A DNA stretch of 64,000 nucleotides, taken from assembly GCA_965221165.1 (NCBI GenBank), contig CBDCRP010000003.1:1280001-1344000 (forward strand), read 5' to 3'. Source of the DNA: a bacterium. Its GTDB lineage: Bacteria; UBA8248. The notes beneath the pieces were generated by a model. The model was not told the DNA's origin. It did no database searches and saw only the letters and a program-made list of their open reading frames with translations. Positions 50,597 through 60,945 of this stretch are shown piece by piece; the stretch's first letter is position 1; each line of letters opens with the position of its first letter. Both the position numbers and the translations under genes were made by a program.

Positions 50597-51703
50597 ATGC
50601 GCGCCCTCATCATCCTGATCGACGGCGGCGACCCCGCCTATTTCGAGGCCTCTCCTACGCCTAACCTCGATAGAATCGAGGGCGAGGGCGCGCGCTTCAT
50701 CGTTTCTTGCCAGATGCCCTCGGTCACCAACGTGAACAACGTCTCGATGATCTGCGGCGCGCCCCCCGCCGCGCACGGGATTACGGCCAATTACTTCCTG
50801 AACCCGGAGACGGGCGAGGAGGTCTATATGGAATCGGGGGATTTCGTCCTCTCGCCCACACTCATGGAGATGGGCCGCACGGCGGGGCGTAAGACCGCCG
50901 TTTTGGCGTCCAAACAAAAACTCTGCGACATGATCGGCAAAGGGGCGGAGACGGTCGTCACCGCCGAAGACCCGCCCGGGTGGCTCATCGAAAAAGCGGG
51001 CCCCAAAGAGGAAATCTACAGCGGGGCCGTCAATCTGTGGCTCCTGCGGGCTGCGCGCGCGGTACTCGAAAACCAAAAACCAGACCTGCTCTACGTCACC
51101 ACCACGGATTTCTTACAGCACAAGTTTGGCCCGGAGAGCGCCGAGGCTCAGGAGCACCACGCCGCACTCGACGCGGAAATCGGTCATCTGGTCGATAGCT
51201 GGGTGAGCGCCCATAAAGACGGAGCGGTCTTCATCACCGCCGACCACGGGATGCGCGATAAGATGCGGGCGCTGGACCCGGGCGTCATATTAAGAGCCCG
51301 GGGCGTCGGCGCGGAGGCTGTTCCCATCATCAAGGACCGCTACGTCGTCCACCACGGCAACCAGGGCGGCGCGGCTTACGTGCACCTGGAAACCGAGGAG
51401 GCGCTCGCCGACGCCGTTTCCATCCTGAAAGCCTGCCCGGGAATCGATGATGCGCTTACGCGCGAGGAGGCGGCCGCGCGCTTTCAGCTAATGGCCGAGC
51501 GGGTAGGCGACATCATGGTTCTCGCGGATTCAGAGACCGTATTCGGCGTGATGGACGAAGCCGAGCGCGCGGTTCACCTCAGAAGCCACGGCTCTGCGCA
51601 CGAGAGCGAGGTGCCGCTATGGGCCTTGAATGCGCCTGATTTCACACCTACCGAGACGCCCCGCCATTTCGAGTGCGTCCGCTACGTGATGGACAAATTG
51701 TAA
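50597..51703 (+). CDS. phnA: Phosphonoacetate hydrolase-like alkaline phosphatase superfamily protein
   Basis: IDG, MPSVTNVNNVS, TTTDFLQHK, TADHGM, DRYVVHHG and LRSHG motifs resemble PhnA. Confidence 0.75.
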   Translation: MRALIILIDGGDPAYFEASPTPNLDRIEGEGARFIVSCQMPSVTNVNNVSMICGAPPAAHGITANYFLNPETGEEVYMESGDFVLSPTLMEMGRTAGRKTAVLASKQKLCDMIGKGAETVVTAEDPPGWLIEKAGPKEEIYSGAVNLWLLRAARAVLENQKPDLLYVTTTDFLQHKFGPESAEAQEHHAALDAEIGHLVDSWVSAHKDGAVFITADHGMRDKMRALDPGVILRARGVGAEAVPIIKDRYVVHHGNQGGAAYVHLETEEALADAVSILKACPGIDDALTREEAAARFQLMAERVGDIMVLADSETVFGVMDEAERAVHLRSHGSAHESEVPLWALNAPDFTPTETPRHFECVRYVMDKL

Positions 51704-51737
51704 TGGCGGATAGCCGCGCGACCCGTAAGCGCCGTCC

Positions 51738-51930
51738 GTAGGGGCCGCATATATGCGGCCCACCGGGAGTGGTTTTCATCGCTCCAGATCCCGCATTCAA
51801 GGGTTGCGGGATGACGATCAAAGGCGAAATGCAGGGACGCATGTATGTGTGGCGGACATATATGTCCGACCTACAAAACCGCAATCCCCCCTTCCCCGGT
51901 CGGCAATGACCCTCAAGGGGGCGATTGCGA
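51738..51930. repeat. REP-like pair and MITE-like end
   Basis: GTAGGGGCCGCATATATGCGGCCC at 51738-51761, reversed REP ending 51874, and GCAATCCCCCCTTCCCCGGTCGGCAATGACC near 51881. Confidence 0.75.
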
Positions 51931-51954
51931 ACTCAAGGCCGCTCGCCCCGCACC

Positions 51955-52341
51955 TCAGGGATTGCGCTTGAGCCAGGGGAATTTCTCGTCGATGCCCGGC
52001 CAAATCTCGCGGATAGAGAAAAAACAAATCGCTATCCAGATGGCGAGGCCGACCTCGAAACCCTCGAGTACCCGCACCATCCAGATGAAATCGAATATGC
52101 CCAACACCAGAACAGCGAGATAACAGCACCACGTAAATCCGCGCCAGGTCGCCAGCCCGAACACACTCAAGGCCACCCCTCCCGCCAGCGTCGCCCAGCC
52201 GTAACCCACCCTGCCCGGCTGGTTCGTATAGAGCGCCGACGCGGTGAAGGCGAGCATCAGCAAAGCGACCAGCAGCGTGGTCTTGGCCGCGCGATTCGCG
52301 CTGAACGTTCTTTCTTCACTTACAGGGGGTTCATTCATCAT
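51955..52341 (-). CDS. Hypothetical membrane protein
   Basis: About 128 aa with four hydrophobic segments; start uncertain. Confidence 0.5.
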   Translation of the reverse strand: MMNEPPVSEERTFSANRAAKTTLLVALLMLAFTASALYTNQPGRVGYGWATLAGGVALSVFGLATWRGFTWCCYLAVLVLGIFDFIWMVRVLEGFEVGLAIWIAICFFSIREIWPGIDEKFPWLKRNP

Positions 52342-52484
52342 GTTTTCGCTTTCCGTGTTGGACGCCACCGGAGAGAACGCGGAGTTGCGTTCTACACCAT
52401 ACGCTCCTCGTTGCCTAGGCGCTCGCCTATGTGCTCTAATCGGGCCTCTGAAATCCGATTCCATTTTTGTGAGGAGGACGCCCC

Positions 52485-53524
52485 TTGAAGGCGATGGTGC
52501 TGAGAGAGCCGGGAAAACCCTTTGTCGAGGAAGAATATCCAGACCCCGTGCCGGGGCCGGGAGAAGCGGTCGCGAAGATACTGGCCTGCGGCGCCGGGCT
52601 GACCATCCACCACGCCCGCATGGGCCGGGTGCCCGGTGTGGATTATCCCCTCATCATCGGCCATGAGATCACCGCCGTCATCTCCGCCGTGGGCGCAGGC
52701 GTCGAGGGCTTACAGGAGGGCGACGCGGTGACCGCCCATTTCTACGTCACCTGCGGGAGGTGCAAGTGGTGCCTCATCAACCGCGAGACGCTGTGCGAGA
52801 ACTTTACGGGCTACATCGGCCGCCAGGTGCAGGGAGCCTATGCGGAATACATCAAACTGCCCGCAAGGAATTTCATCAAACTTCCCGCCGGGCTCGATTA
52901 CGAGAAGGACGCTGCGGAGGTCTCCGTCATCTGCGACGCGATAGCCACCCCTACAAGGTGACGAGGCGCGCGCGCATCGCACCGCTCGAGACCGTGGCCG
53001 TCATGGGCGCGGGCGGCGGCGTGGGCATCCACATGGTCATGATGGCGAAGTGGGCGCACGCCAGAGTCATCGCCGTGGACATCGCGGCGAACAAACTCGG
53101 CAAGTGCCGCGACGTAGGCGCGGATGAGGCCGTAGACGCATCACAAGGCGACGTGGCGGGCGCGCTTTTGGACTTGACGGGCGGCAAGGGCGTGGACGTG
53201 GTGGTCGATTTCGTATCTTCCGCCGCCACGATGGAAGCGGGCGTTCAGGCCCTGGGAATCGGCGGACGCCTCGTGACCCTGGGCGGCACGGGGCAGACGT
53301 TTCAGACCGCATCGCGCGATATGGTGACAAAAGAACTGGAGCTTCTGGGCAGCCGGTACGCGTCGAAACAGGAACTCAAGGAATCGCTCGACCTCGTGGC
53401 GCGGGGCGACGTCTGGCCCGTGGTGACGGAAACCTACTCGTTCAGCGTCGATGAGGTGGAAAAGGTCCACGAACGGCTCGAGGTGGCGGCCGTTACGGGT
53501 CGCGCGGTCGTCGTGATGGATTAG
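52485..53524 (+). pseudogene. Zinc-binding alcohol dehydrogenase family protein, frameshifted near 52948-52951
   Basis: GHE and CxxCxxC in the first frame; GAGGGVG Rossmann motif in a second frame. One extra C would restore ...ATPYKV... Confidence 0.8.
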
Positions 53525-53542
53525 GCTATAAGCGTCAGCGGG

Positions 53543-54238
53543 CTAGTTGGCGATCTTCCACTGCCCGTCGGGCTGCCTGCAAGCGGTGCCGTAGGCGCTT
53601 TGCTCTTTGCCGTCGATGACCACTCTTTGCTGGAACTCGCGGCAATACTGGTTGCGTTCGTTCTTGAAGGCCGGCCTGGGAACGATGACGCCGCATATCC
53701 GCCTGTCGGGATTGTCCCATACGGTTCGCGTGCCGGAGCGCTGGTTCTCGAGCGCGTATTGCGTGGCGCTCGCGAGCTTGAGGCGTTCGGCCTCATCGAG
53801 GTCGCGCCCGAGTTGCCCACCCACGACGCTGCCAAGAAGCACGCCCGCGAAGGTGGCGAGCGCCCGGCCGCCGCCCTTGCCGACCTGATGTCCGATGACG
53901 CCGCCGCCGATCGCGCCTATCACCGATCCGAGAACCTCGTTGTCGTTATCCGCGACATAAGTCGCGCAGCCGAAATCCGTAGAGCGATGCACGTAACGCT
54001 TACGGGGGTAGGGCCGATAAATGACGCGCGGGCCGTACCAGGCCGGATAGCCGTACCAGACCGGAGCGACGAAGCGCGGACCATACCAGAACATGTGACG
54101 AAAGATGACCCGGGAACGGTGGTGGCGGTGACGATGTACTCCGTGGCGTCTACCGTGACGGCCAGCCGCCGCCGCATCGTTTATCAGAAAAACGACCGCC
54201 ACAACGCTCAAAGCGATAGTGATCCCAAAACGCCTCAT
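53543..54238 (-). CDS. Glycine-zipper surface antigen (RT0821/17-kDa antigen-like)
   Basis: Signal peptide, GAIGGGVIG..VG glycine zipper and CREFQQ...GTACRQPDGQW C-terminus. Confidence 0.85.
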   Translation of the reverse strand: MRRFGITIALSVVAVVFLINDAAAAGRHGRRHGVHRHRHHRSRVIFRHMFWYGPRFVAPVWYGYPAWYGPRVIYRPYPRKRYVHRSTDFGCATYVADNDNEVLGSVIGAIGGGVIGHQVGKGGGRALATFAGVLLGSVVGGQLGRDLDEAERLKLASATQYALENQRSGTRTVWDNPDRRICGVIVPRPAFKNERNQYCREFQQRVVIDGKEQSAYGTACRQPDGQWKIAN

Positions 54239-54394
54239 CTATCCATCCCCCCTGGAACTTTCCCCATCTGCCGAGAAAAGATGTGAACCGGCGACTCGCT
54301 TATTATACTATTGGACGCCGCCGGGTTCCACTCTTTGATAAAGTGTTGATATCTTTGTATTTGTATTTGTATCATTCCATGTCCGAAGCGGCTC

Positions 54395-55258
54395 TCACGC
54401 CCGTCCAATGGCCGAGGCCGGGCCGACATCTATCAACAACCGGCAGTGATCGCTCGAACCCCACTCATCGGCACCGTTCAGGGCGCGGGCGGCCACGCCC
54501 CGGTGGAATCCCCGCGAGGCGAAGACGTAATCGAGTTGATTTTGGGCGGTCGCCGGAGATTGTCTCGTCGTGAAGAAGGTCGGGACATTCTTGGTGTCGC
54601 CAGGCAAGCCCTGCGGCGTGGGCTCCGCCCGCCTGCCGTTCGGGTACTGCGGCCCCATGAACTCCAGTCCCAGCGCGTTCATTCGCTCGAAGATCGTACG
54701 ATCCCGGGCCGGGAGCGCCAGCCGATTGTCGTCCGTCGCGCCGTATATCGTGTTGAGATCGCCGGCCGCCAGAATGCGGTGCGTCGAGGGGTCCGTGTCG
54801 CCGATGAAGGCGGACAAGTCCGAGATGATTCGGTGGGCCGACCCATCCGGGTAGCCTACCCTCCATTCCGTCCCGGTCGTGACATGGGGCCTGATCCAGC
54901 GCGCATACATCGACACAACAATGAACGGTTTCCCCTCCAGCGGAATCACCCTTGCGGCCGCGATGGTGCCGATACCGCTGACCGGGATTTCATCGCGCTT
55001 CGCATGGCTAACCGGAAAAATACGCTTGAACCATTCTATCTCGACCCGCTCGGAGAGTTTGACGACCATCGCCCCTCTATCATAGAGACCCTCCTCCCAC
55101 GGCTCCCAGGGGTCTTGAGGCCCGGCCTCGACCGGACGCCTCAGATCGGGCGGTACCCTGCTCGCCTCTTGCAGCAAGGCGACGTCCACGTCCATCTCCA
55201 GCAGTTCTTCCCAAGGCGAGTTTTTCTTTCCAATGTTCCAACACACGATGCGCGTCAT
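54395..55258 (-). CDS. Endonuclease/exonuclease/phosphatase (EEP) family protein
   Basis: CWNI, LLQEA, AGDLN, LDYVF and SDH motifs. Confidence 0.85.
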   Translation of the reverse strand: MTRIVCWNIGKKNSPWEELLEMDVDVALLQEASRVPPDLRRPVEAGPQDPWEPWEEGLYDRGAMVVKLSERVEIEWFKRIFPVSHAKRDEIPVSGIGTIAAARVIPLEGKPFIVVSMYARWIRPHVTTGTEWRVGYPDGSAHRIISDLSAFIGDTDPSTHRILAAGDLNTIYGATDDNRLALPARDRTIFERMNALGLEFMGPQYPNGRRAEPTPQGLPGDTKNVPTFFTTRQSPATAQNQLDYVFASRGFHRGVAARALNGADEWGSSDHCRLLIDVGPASAIGRA

Positions 55259-55498
55259 GACGATGAATTCGCTCCAGTTATTCTTAGACGGTTTAATCGG
55301 GCAAGTAGGGTGCAGGCACGTACTCGGTCAATACATACCGGGCAGTATAGACGGGGTCGACTCACCGAATCAAAGGCTTCACGCCTCTCGATTCTCAACC
55401 TCACGGCAAAACCCGCGTGAACTTTGAAGATTTTCGCCCTCGCCTGTAGAATCGCCTTTCCGCAGAACCACACGACCAATCAGGAGGTTTCAGGTTTC

Positions 55499-55954
55499 AT
55501 GAGCGAAGGCGTCGCGTTTGAAAAATGGGAAGTCGGGAGCAAATTCACCACCCGGGGCAGAACCATCACCGAGACCGACGTGGTGAACTACGTCAACCTG
55601 GTGGGCTATACGGAAAGCCTGTTTCTCGACATGGAATTTTTACGGGAAAAAGGCCATGAGAAGCGCATGGCGCCGGCCCTTTTCACCTGCGGCATCGCGG
55701 ATACCTTAATCGTCCAGACGGGCGTCCTGCACGATTACGCGATAGCACTTTTAGGCGTGGACGGCCTCGTCGCGCGCGCGCCGGTGTACGTGGGAGATAC
55801 GCTCACGGTCGAAGTGGCGACGACGGACGTGCGTCCTTCTAAAAGCAGGCCCGATCGCGGCGTCGTCTCCACGCATCAAAGGGTGCTCAATCAAAAGGGC
55901 GAGGTGGTGCTCGAATACGACGTGAAGCGCATGCTGCTCAGAAGCGACGCGTGA
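55499..55954 (+). CDS. MaoC family dehydratase
   Basis: GRTITETDV, APVYVGDTL and NQKGEVV; RBS CAGGAGG. Confidence 0.85.
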   Translation: MSEGVAFEKWEVGSKFTTRGRTITETDVVNYVNLVGYTESLFLDMEFLREKGHEKRMAPALFTCGIADTLIVQTGVLHDYAIALLGVDGLVARAPVYVGDTLTVEVATTDVRPSKSRPDRGVVSTHQRVLNQKGEVVLEYDVKRMLLRSDA

Positions 55955-55970
55955 GGCGCGCCTGCGCGTT

Positions 55971-56948
55971 TTACAGCCCGAAAAACTCTTTGGCCGTGCC
56001 GCTCCAGATTCTTTCCGCATCCTCGGATGAAATATCCAGCGCGTTCACCATGTCGGCGTGGCGCTTCACGGGCACCCAGGGGGCGTCGCTTGCGAACATC
56101 ATCCGCGATGCGCCCATCTCCTTCAAGGAGAACTCGAGCGCCGTCTGGGAGTGAACCACCGTATCCGTGTAAAAGCGTGCGAAGTATTCGCTCGGGTCGC
56201 GGGTGATCAAGTCCTGATCGCCTCGGTAGCGCGAACTCAGGTTGTCCACCCGACCGATGAAATACGGGAGCGACGCGCCCCCGTGCGGCAAGAGCACCTT
56301 GAGGTCGGGGTGACGCTCCAGCACGCCGCCCAGGATGAGCCTGAGCGCCGCCAGACATTCATCGAACATGAAGCCGATCATCGGCCCCAGCCAGTGATCC
56401 TTGTACTGCGGCCCCGAGGGAGAAGGCCCCGGGTGCAGCACGAGCGGAACACCGCGCTCGGCCAACAGCCCCCACAGGGGTTCATGAGCCGCGTCGTCGA
56501 TGTAGCGTTTGCCGCCCACGTAGGCGAACACCTGTAAGCCCACGAAACCCAACTCATCCACGCAGCGTTCGAGTTCGCGGCAGGTCGCGTCGATATCCCC
56601 GAAACCGAGCGAAGCCAAACCGCGAAACCGTCCCGGGTGAGGGGCCCCGGCCTCGGCCAGGCCGTCGTTTCCGATTCTCGCGAGTTCATCCGCGTCTTTT
56701 GGGTTTTTTGCGAGGTCCGCGCCTGGAATGTTCATGCTGATTAGGGCAATATCGATTTCCTGCTCATCCATTTCGGCGAGTTTGATGGAGATATCCAGCG
56801 CGGGAGGCCGCATCGGAAGTTTTTCATCCGGACTCGCCCACGCCCACCAGAAATCCTCCGCATTCTCGTAGCGCGGAAAATCGGAGCGGGCGGCGAGCGC
56901 TTCCACGTAGGCTTGTGGTACATGATGGGTCTGAACGTCGATGCGCAT
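55971..56948 (-). CDS. Amidohydrolase_2 family protein (ACMSD-like decarboxylase/hydratase)
   Basis: IDVQTH, LVLHP, PHGGASLP and MFASDAP motifs. Confidence 0.88.
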   Translation of the reverse strand: MRIDVQTHHVPQAYVEALAARSDFPRYENAEDFWWAWASPDEKLPMRPPALDISIKLAEMDEQEIDIALISMNIPGADLAKNPKDADELARIGNDGLAEAGAPHPGRFRGLASLGFGDIDATCRELERCVDELGFVGLQVFAYVGGKRYIDDAAHEPLWGLLAERGVPLVLHPGPSPSGPQYKDHWLGPMIGFMFDECLAALRLILGGVLERHPDLKVLLPHGGASLPYFIGRVDNLSSRYRGDQDLITRDPSEYFARFYTDTVVHSQTALEFSLKEMGASRMMFASDAPWVPVKRHADMVNALDISSEDAERIWSGTAKEFFGL

Positions 56949-57040
56949 GGGATTCTCCCGATGTATGATGGGAATATATACGAGACAGGGGGATTATTCC
57001 CCCGAAACGAGCCGTATGCAAATTATGTGAGGAGACGATT

Positions 57041-58099
57041 GTGAAAACGACAGGAGTTGCCGTCATCGGCGCAGGCGGCATCGGAACGCTCAGAGCGCAT
57101 TCTTGCGCGCAAATCCCCCAGGTGGACTATCTCGCGGTGTGCGACATCGTGCCCGAGAAGCTCGACCGCCTGGCGGAATCGGTCCGGGCCGATGTGGCGA
57201 CGGAGAAATACGAAGTGGCGATAAGGGACGAGCGCGTCGGCGCCGTCATCGTCTCATCGGACGAGGAGTTCCACCACGGGCCGGCGGCCCTGGCGGCCGA
57301 ACTCGGCAAGCCCGTGCTCATCGAAAAACCCTTCGTCCTCGACCTGGACGAGGCGGACGACATCCTGGCGAAAGCCGACGCGTCGGGCGCGGAGATTTTC
57401 GTGGGCTACACCCAGCGCTACAGGAGGCGCTTTCTGCTCGCCAAACAAGCGGCCTTCGCCGGGCAGCTCGGCGACATCGTGATGGCGCTCGGCAAGATTT
57501 ACGTCACGCGCGCCGTGGGCGAGGCGGTGGCGAGGCGCTCGCCCAACACCACGCCCTCCATCAACACGCTCACCTACATGGTCGACCTCATCCTCTGGTA
57601 CATGGAGGGGAAAAAGCCCGTCGAGGTCTACGCCCGCTCGGCGAGTTTCGTGTTCAAGAAATACAAGCGCGACGATTTCCAGTGGATGATCGTCACCTTC
57701 GACGACGGGAGCGTGGCCACGCTGGGCACGAGCTGGCTCCAGCCCCACCACTGGCCCGCCTATACGGCGACGATGGAAATCGACTTGCAAGGCACGAAGG
57801 GCTCGCTGAACGTGGACGACGCTCACAGGGACGTGATTTTAGCGCCCGAAGAGCCGATTCCCTGCCCCTACACGCCCGAACATCAGGTGAACGTCGCCTT
57901 CCTGGGTTCCGCCATGCCGGGGGACTTCGTGATGGGCGAGTTCTTCGGCCCCATGAAAGAAGAAACAGACGCCTTCGTGCGCCATATTCTGGGAATCGGC
58001 GGGGTGGGACTCGCCACGGGCGCGCACGCGAGAGACGTACTCGCCCTCACCATGGCGGCGGATCGCTCGTGCAAGGAGCGCAAGCCCATCGAGTTTTAA
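57041..58099 (+). CDS. Gfo/Idh/MocA family oxidoreductase
   Basis: GAGGIG, GKPVLIEKP and VGYTQRY motifs. Confidence 0.88.
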   Translation: MKTTGVAVIGAGGIGTLRAHSCAQIPQVDYLAVCDIVPEKLDRLAESVRADVATEKYEVAIRDERVGAVIVSSDEEFHHGPAALAAELGKPVLIEKPFVLDLDEADDILAKADASGAEIFVGYTQRYRRRFLLAKQAAFAGQLGDIVMALGKIYVTRAVGEAVARRSPNTTPSINTLTYMVDLILWYMEGKKPVEVYARSASFVFKKYKRDDFQWMIVTFDDGSVATLGTSWLQPHHWPAYTATMEIDLQGTKGSLNVDDAHRDVILAPEEPIPCPYTPEHQVNVAFLGSAMPGDFVMGEFFGPMKEETDAFVRHILGIGGVGLATGAHARDVLALTMAADRSCKERKPIEF

Positions 58100-58190
58100 G
58101 GTTCAGACGGATTAGAAGCTGACGCGGCGTCGAGCCGCCCGAGGCGAACCGGGAGGCTCGCCGCTGCGTATTCCTTCACTTATCGGCGGG

Positions 58191-59693
58191 CTAGCGCGGC
58201 ATGAGATTCCTGATTTGCGCCTCAAGCGGTTCCGTTGTGAGTCGCCGATAGCCGAGGTGGCGGGAGAGGGAATCGCCGTCGTGGCGTTGCCCGTCGCGCC
58301 AGACCTCCAGCAGGAATCCGCCGCTCCCCCGATTGGCCCACCACCTCTTGCCGAACTTCGTCTTCAGGACCTCCGCCATCTGGGCCTGGAGCATCCACGC
58401 CCTCAGATAATTCGCGCAATAAAAAAACGGATCCACATCGTCGAGATAGGAGACTTTTGGATATTCCACCCCCGTCGCCGCACTCAGTTTTTCCCGATAC
58501 AGGGCGTCTTTGCCCGCGAGTTCCGCCCCTTGGTGAAGCGTGAGTTCATAGTCGATTTTCGCCGCATAGCGCCTCAGCATGTATAGCTCGAAAAGCGCAT
58601 GATGCTCCAGAAACGCCGCGTAGTCCGAAGCCTCCCCGCCCAGGGCGTCCTCGAGCCAGAGCGGGTCGAGCAAAAGATGATCGAAGAGCATGGCGAACCC
58701 CTCGGTCACGGAGTTATCCCCCAGGCGCTTCCACTCGAAAGCCGCATCCGCCGCCACGTTGGCGAAATGAAGCGCATGGCCGAGTTCGTGCCAGAACGCG
58801 CGGTAATCGTCATGCCCGCCCCGGGGCCTGATGACGAGGTATACCTCTTCGGGCACGTGCAAGGAGGCGCAAAACGCGCGGGGACTTTTTAAGGGGCGAT
58901 CCTCGATGTCGAGGCGCACCCGGCCTCCCGCCAATAGATCGAGGCCCATCGAGGCGCAAACTTTCCTCGCCGAGGATTCGATTTTCTCGGCCGGAAAAAG
59001 ACCGTCGAACTCGATACCCCGAAAGCAATAGAGCGCATCGTGGCGATGGGCGGCTGAAGGGGGAACGCCCGCTCGACTCAGCGCTTCTTCCATCGCCTCG
59101 GCATAAAGCGCCCCGGTGCGTTCGAGAAACCACCCCATTTCTTCGCGAACCGGACTCAAGCTGTAGCGTTTGAGCGCCGCCATCATCCCCAGATAGCCCT
59201 CGAAACCCAACACTTCGGCTATTTCATGGGTGGTGTGATGAATTTGCTGCAAGAATTCGTTCTTCTCCACCAAAGCCTCCGAGCGGGCGTTTTCCAGAAA
59301 ATTCCGATTCTCACGGTTCGACTCGTTCAAGAGCGCGACGGCGCTTTGCCGATAGGGGATGGACTCGCCCTCGGCCGTTTTCACCATCGTTTGCGTCTCG
59401 AAAAGGAGCGCCTGCTCACTTAAATCCCTGGTTGCGTCGCGTATAAAACCCAGGGTTAAGAAACCCCGCAACTCGGAGAGCCTCGTGGATTCGGCTTCAC
59501 CTTCCGCCGAATCGGCGAGGGAGCGGAGAGTATGGATGTTCTCGCGCGTAAAAAGGTCGGCGTATTCGGCGAAAATCTCGCTCAGGCGTACATCTTCCTT
59601 CAGGCCCGCGCCGACCTCGTACCACTCTTTTCGCGATTCGGCGAGAAAGGCTTCGGCGCGGGTACGGATGCCCGCCAAGTGCACGGGATTCAT
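58191..59693 (-). CDS. Zinc metallopeptidase, M3/M32-like (gluzincin)
   Basis: KSPRAFC, HELGHALH and a downstream TEGFAMLF third ligand. Start chosen at MNPVHL, overlapping the glgC stop. Confidence 0.7.
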   Translation of the reverse strand: MNPVHLAGIRTRAEAFLAESRKEWYEVGAGLKEDVRLSEIFAEYADLFTRENIHTLRSLADSAEGEAESTRLSELRGFLTLGFIRDATRDLSEQALLFETQTMVKTAEGESIPYRQSAVALLNESNRENRNFLENARSEALVEKNEFLQQIHHTTHEIAEVLGFEGYLGMMAALKRYSLSPVREEMGWFLERTGALYAEAMEEALSRAGVPPSAAHRHDALYCFRGIEFDGLFPAEKIESSARKVCASMGLDLLAGGRVRLDIEDRPLKSPRAFCASLHVPEEVYLVIRPRGGHDDYRAFWHELGHALHFANVAADAAFEWKRLGDNSVTEGFAMLFDHLLLDPLWLEDALGGEASDYAAFLEHHALFELYMLRRYAAKIDYELTLHQGAELAGKDALYREKLSAATGVEYPKVSYLDDVDPFFYCANYLRAWMLQAQMAEVLKTKFGKRWWANRGSGGFLLEVWRDGQRHDGDSLSRHLGYRRLTTEPLEAQIRNLMPR

Positions 59694-60919
59694 ATGACGG
59701 GCCGGGTGAATCCGCGCGGCAGGACGATGATGCCGGAGGGATCGGAAACGGCGCCGGGGTAGGCGTCGGCGTTTCCATCCACCACCGAAGCGCCCGCTCC
59801 GATCTGGTTGAACCTGTCGACAATCGCCTTTTGCAGCTTCGCCCCGGCTCCGATATGGGTGTGATCCATGACGATGGAATCGACAACCTCCGCCCCTTTT
59901 TCGATCATCACGCCGCGGCCGATGACGGAACGCTCGATCCGCGCGCCCACAATCTGGCATCCCTCGCCGATGAGAGCGTTTTCCACTTCCGCGGATATGA
60001 TTCGGCTACCCGGCCCCGGGTAGGCGCTGGTGTGTATCGGCCAGTCGGGGTTGCTCAGATCAAGGAGCGGCGTCTCTCCCAACAGGTCCATCTGCGCCTC
60101 CCAGTAGGTCTTGATGGTGCCCACGTCGCGCCAGTAGCCCTTCTCCTCGCTCGGCTTCATACCCGGAATCTCGTTTTTCAGAAAATCATAGGCGTAGAGT
60201 TTTTTGCGCTCGCCCAGCAAGGCGGGGATGATGGTGCGCCCGAAGTCATGTTCTCCCTCACGCGCCGCGTCGCTGATGAGCGCATCCATCAACACCTGGG
60301 AGGAAAACACATAATTCCCCATGGAGCATAGGGCGCGCGAGGAATCGCCCGGCATGGGCCGGGGGTGGGGGGGCTTTTCGTCGAAACTCTCCACCCGTCC
60401 TTCCTCGTCGACCGCCAGCACCCCGAAGCCCTGGGCGTCTTCGATGGGGGCGGGCAGGGCCGATATCGTCGCATCCGCTCCGCGTGCGAGATGAAAACGA
60501 ACCATCTGGCTCACGTCCATGCGGTAGATATGGTCCGCCCCGAACACCAGGACGATGTCGGGCGCATTGTCGGTCACCAGGTTTCTGTTCTGATGGATGG
60601 AATCCGCCGTCCCCTTGAACCAGAACTCGCCCGAGCGCTGCTGGGGCGGAACGGCCGTCACGAAATTCTTCCCCAATGTCCCGCTGATGTTCCACGAGCG
60701 CCTCAAATGCTCGATCAGCGATTGCGACAGGTACTGCACCAGCACGTAGATGGACTGATAGCCCGAGTTCACCAGATTGCTCAGTACGAAGTCGATGATG
60801 CGGTATTTCGAACCGAAAGGCACGGCGGGTTTGCCGCGCGCGACCGTCAAGGGGTGAAGCCTGCTTCCGGCACCGCCCGCCATGACGAAGGATATGACTC
60901 TGGGATCACGCGAATCCAA
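59690..60919 (-). CDS. glgC: Glucose-1-phosphate adenylyltransferase
   Basis: MAGGAGSRLHPLT..RGKPAVPFG, GTAD, DHIYRMD and YWRDVGT motifs. Confidence 0.96.
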   Translation of the reverse strand: MDSRDPRVISFVMAGGAGSRLHPLTVARGKPAVPFGSKYRIIDFVLSNLVNSGYQSIYVLVQYLSQSLIEHLRRSWNISGTLGKNFVTAVPPQQRSGEFWFKGTADSIHQNRNLVTDNAPDIVLVFGADHIYRMDVSQMVRFHLARGADATISALPAPIEDAQGFGVLAVDEEGRVESFDEKPPHPRPMPGDSSRALCSMGNYVFSSQVLMDALISDAAREGEHDFGRTIIPALLGERKKLYAYDFLKNEIPGMKPSEEKGYWRDVGTIKTYWEAQMDLLGETPLLDLSNPDWPIHTSAYPGPGSRIISAEVENALIGEGCQIVGARIERSVIGRGVMIEKGAEVVDSIVMDHTHIGAGAKLQKAIVDRFNQIGAGASVVDGNADAYPGAVSDPSGIIVLPRGFTRPVI

Positions 60920-60945
60920 ACTCTAGCTCCTTTGTTCGACTCGCC

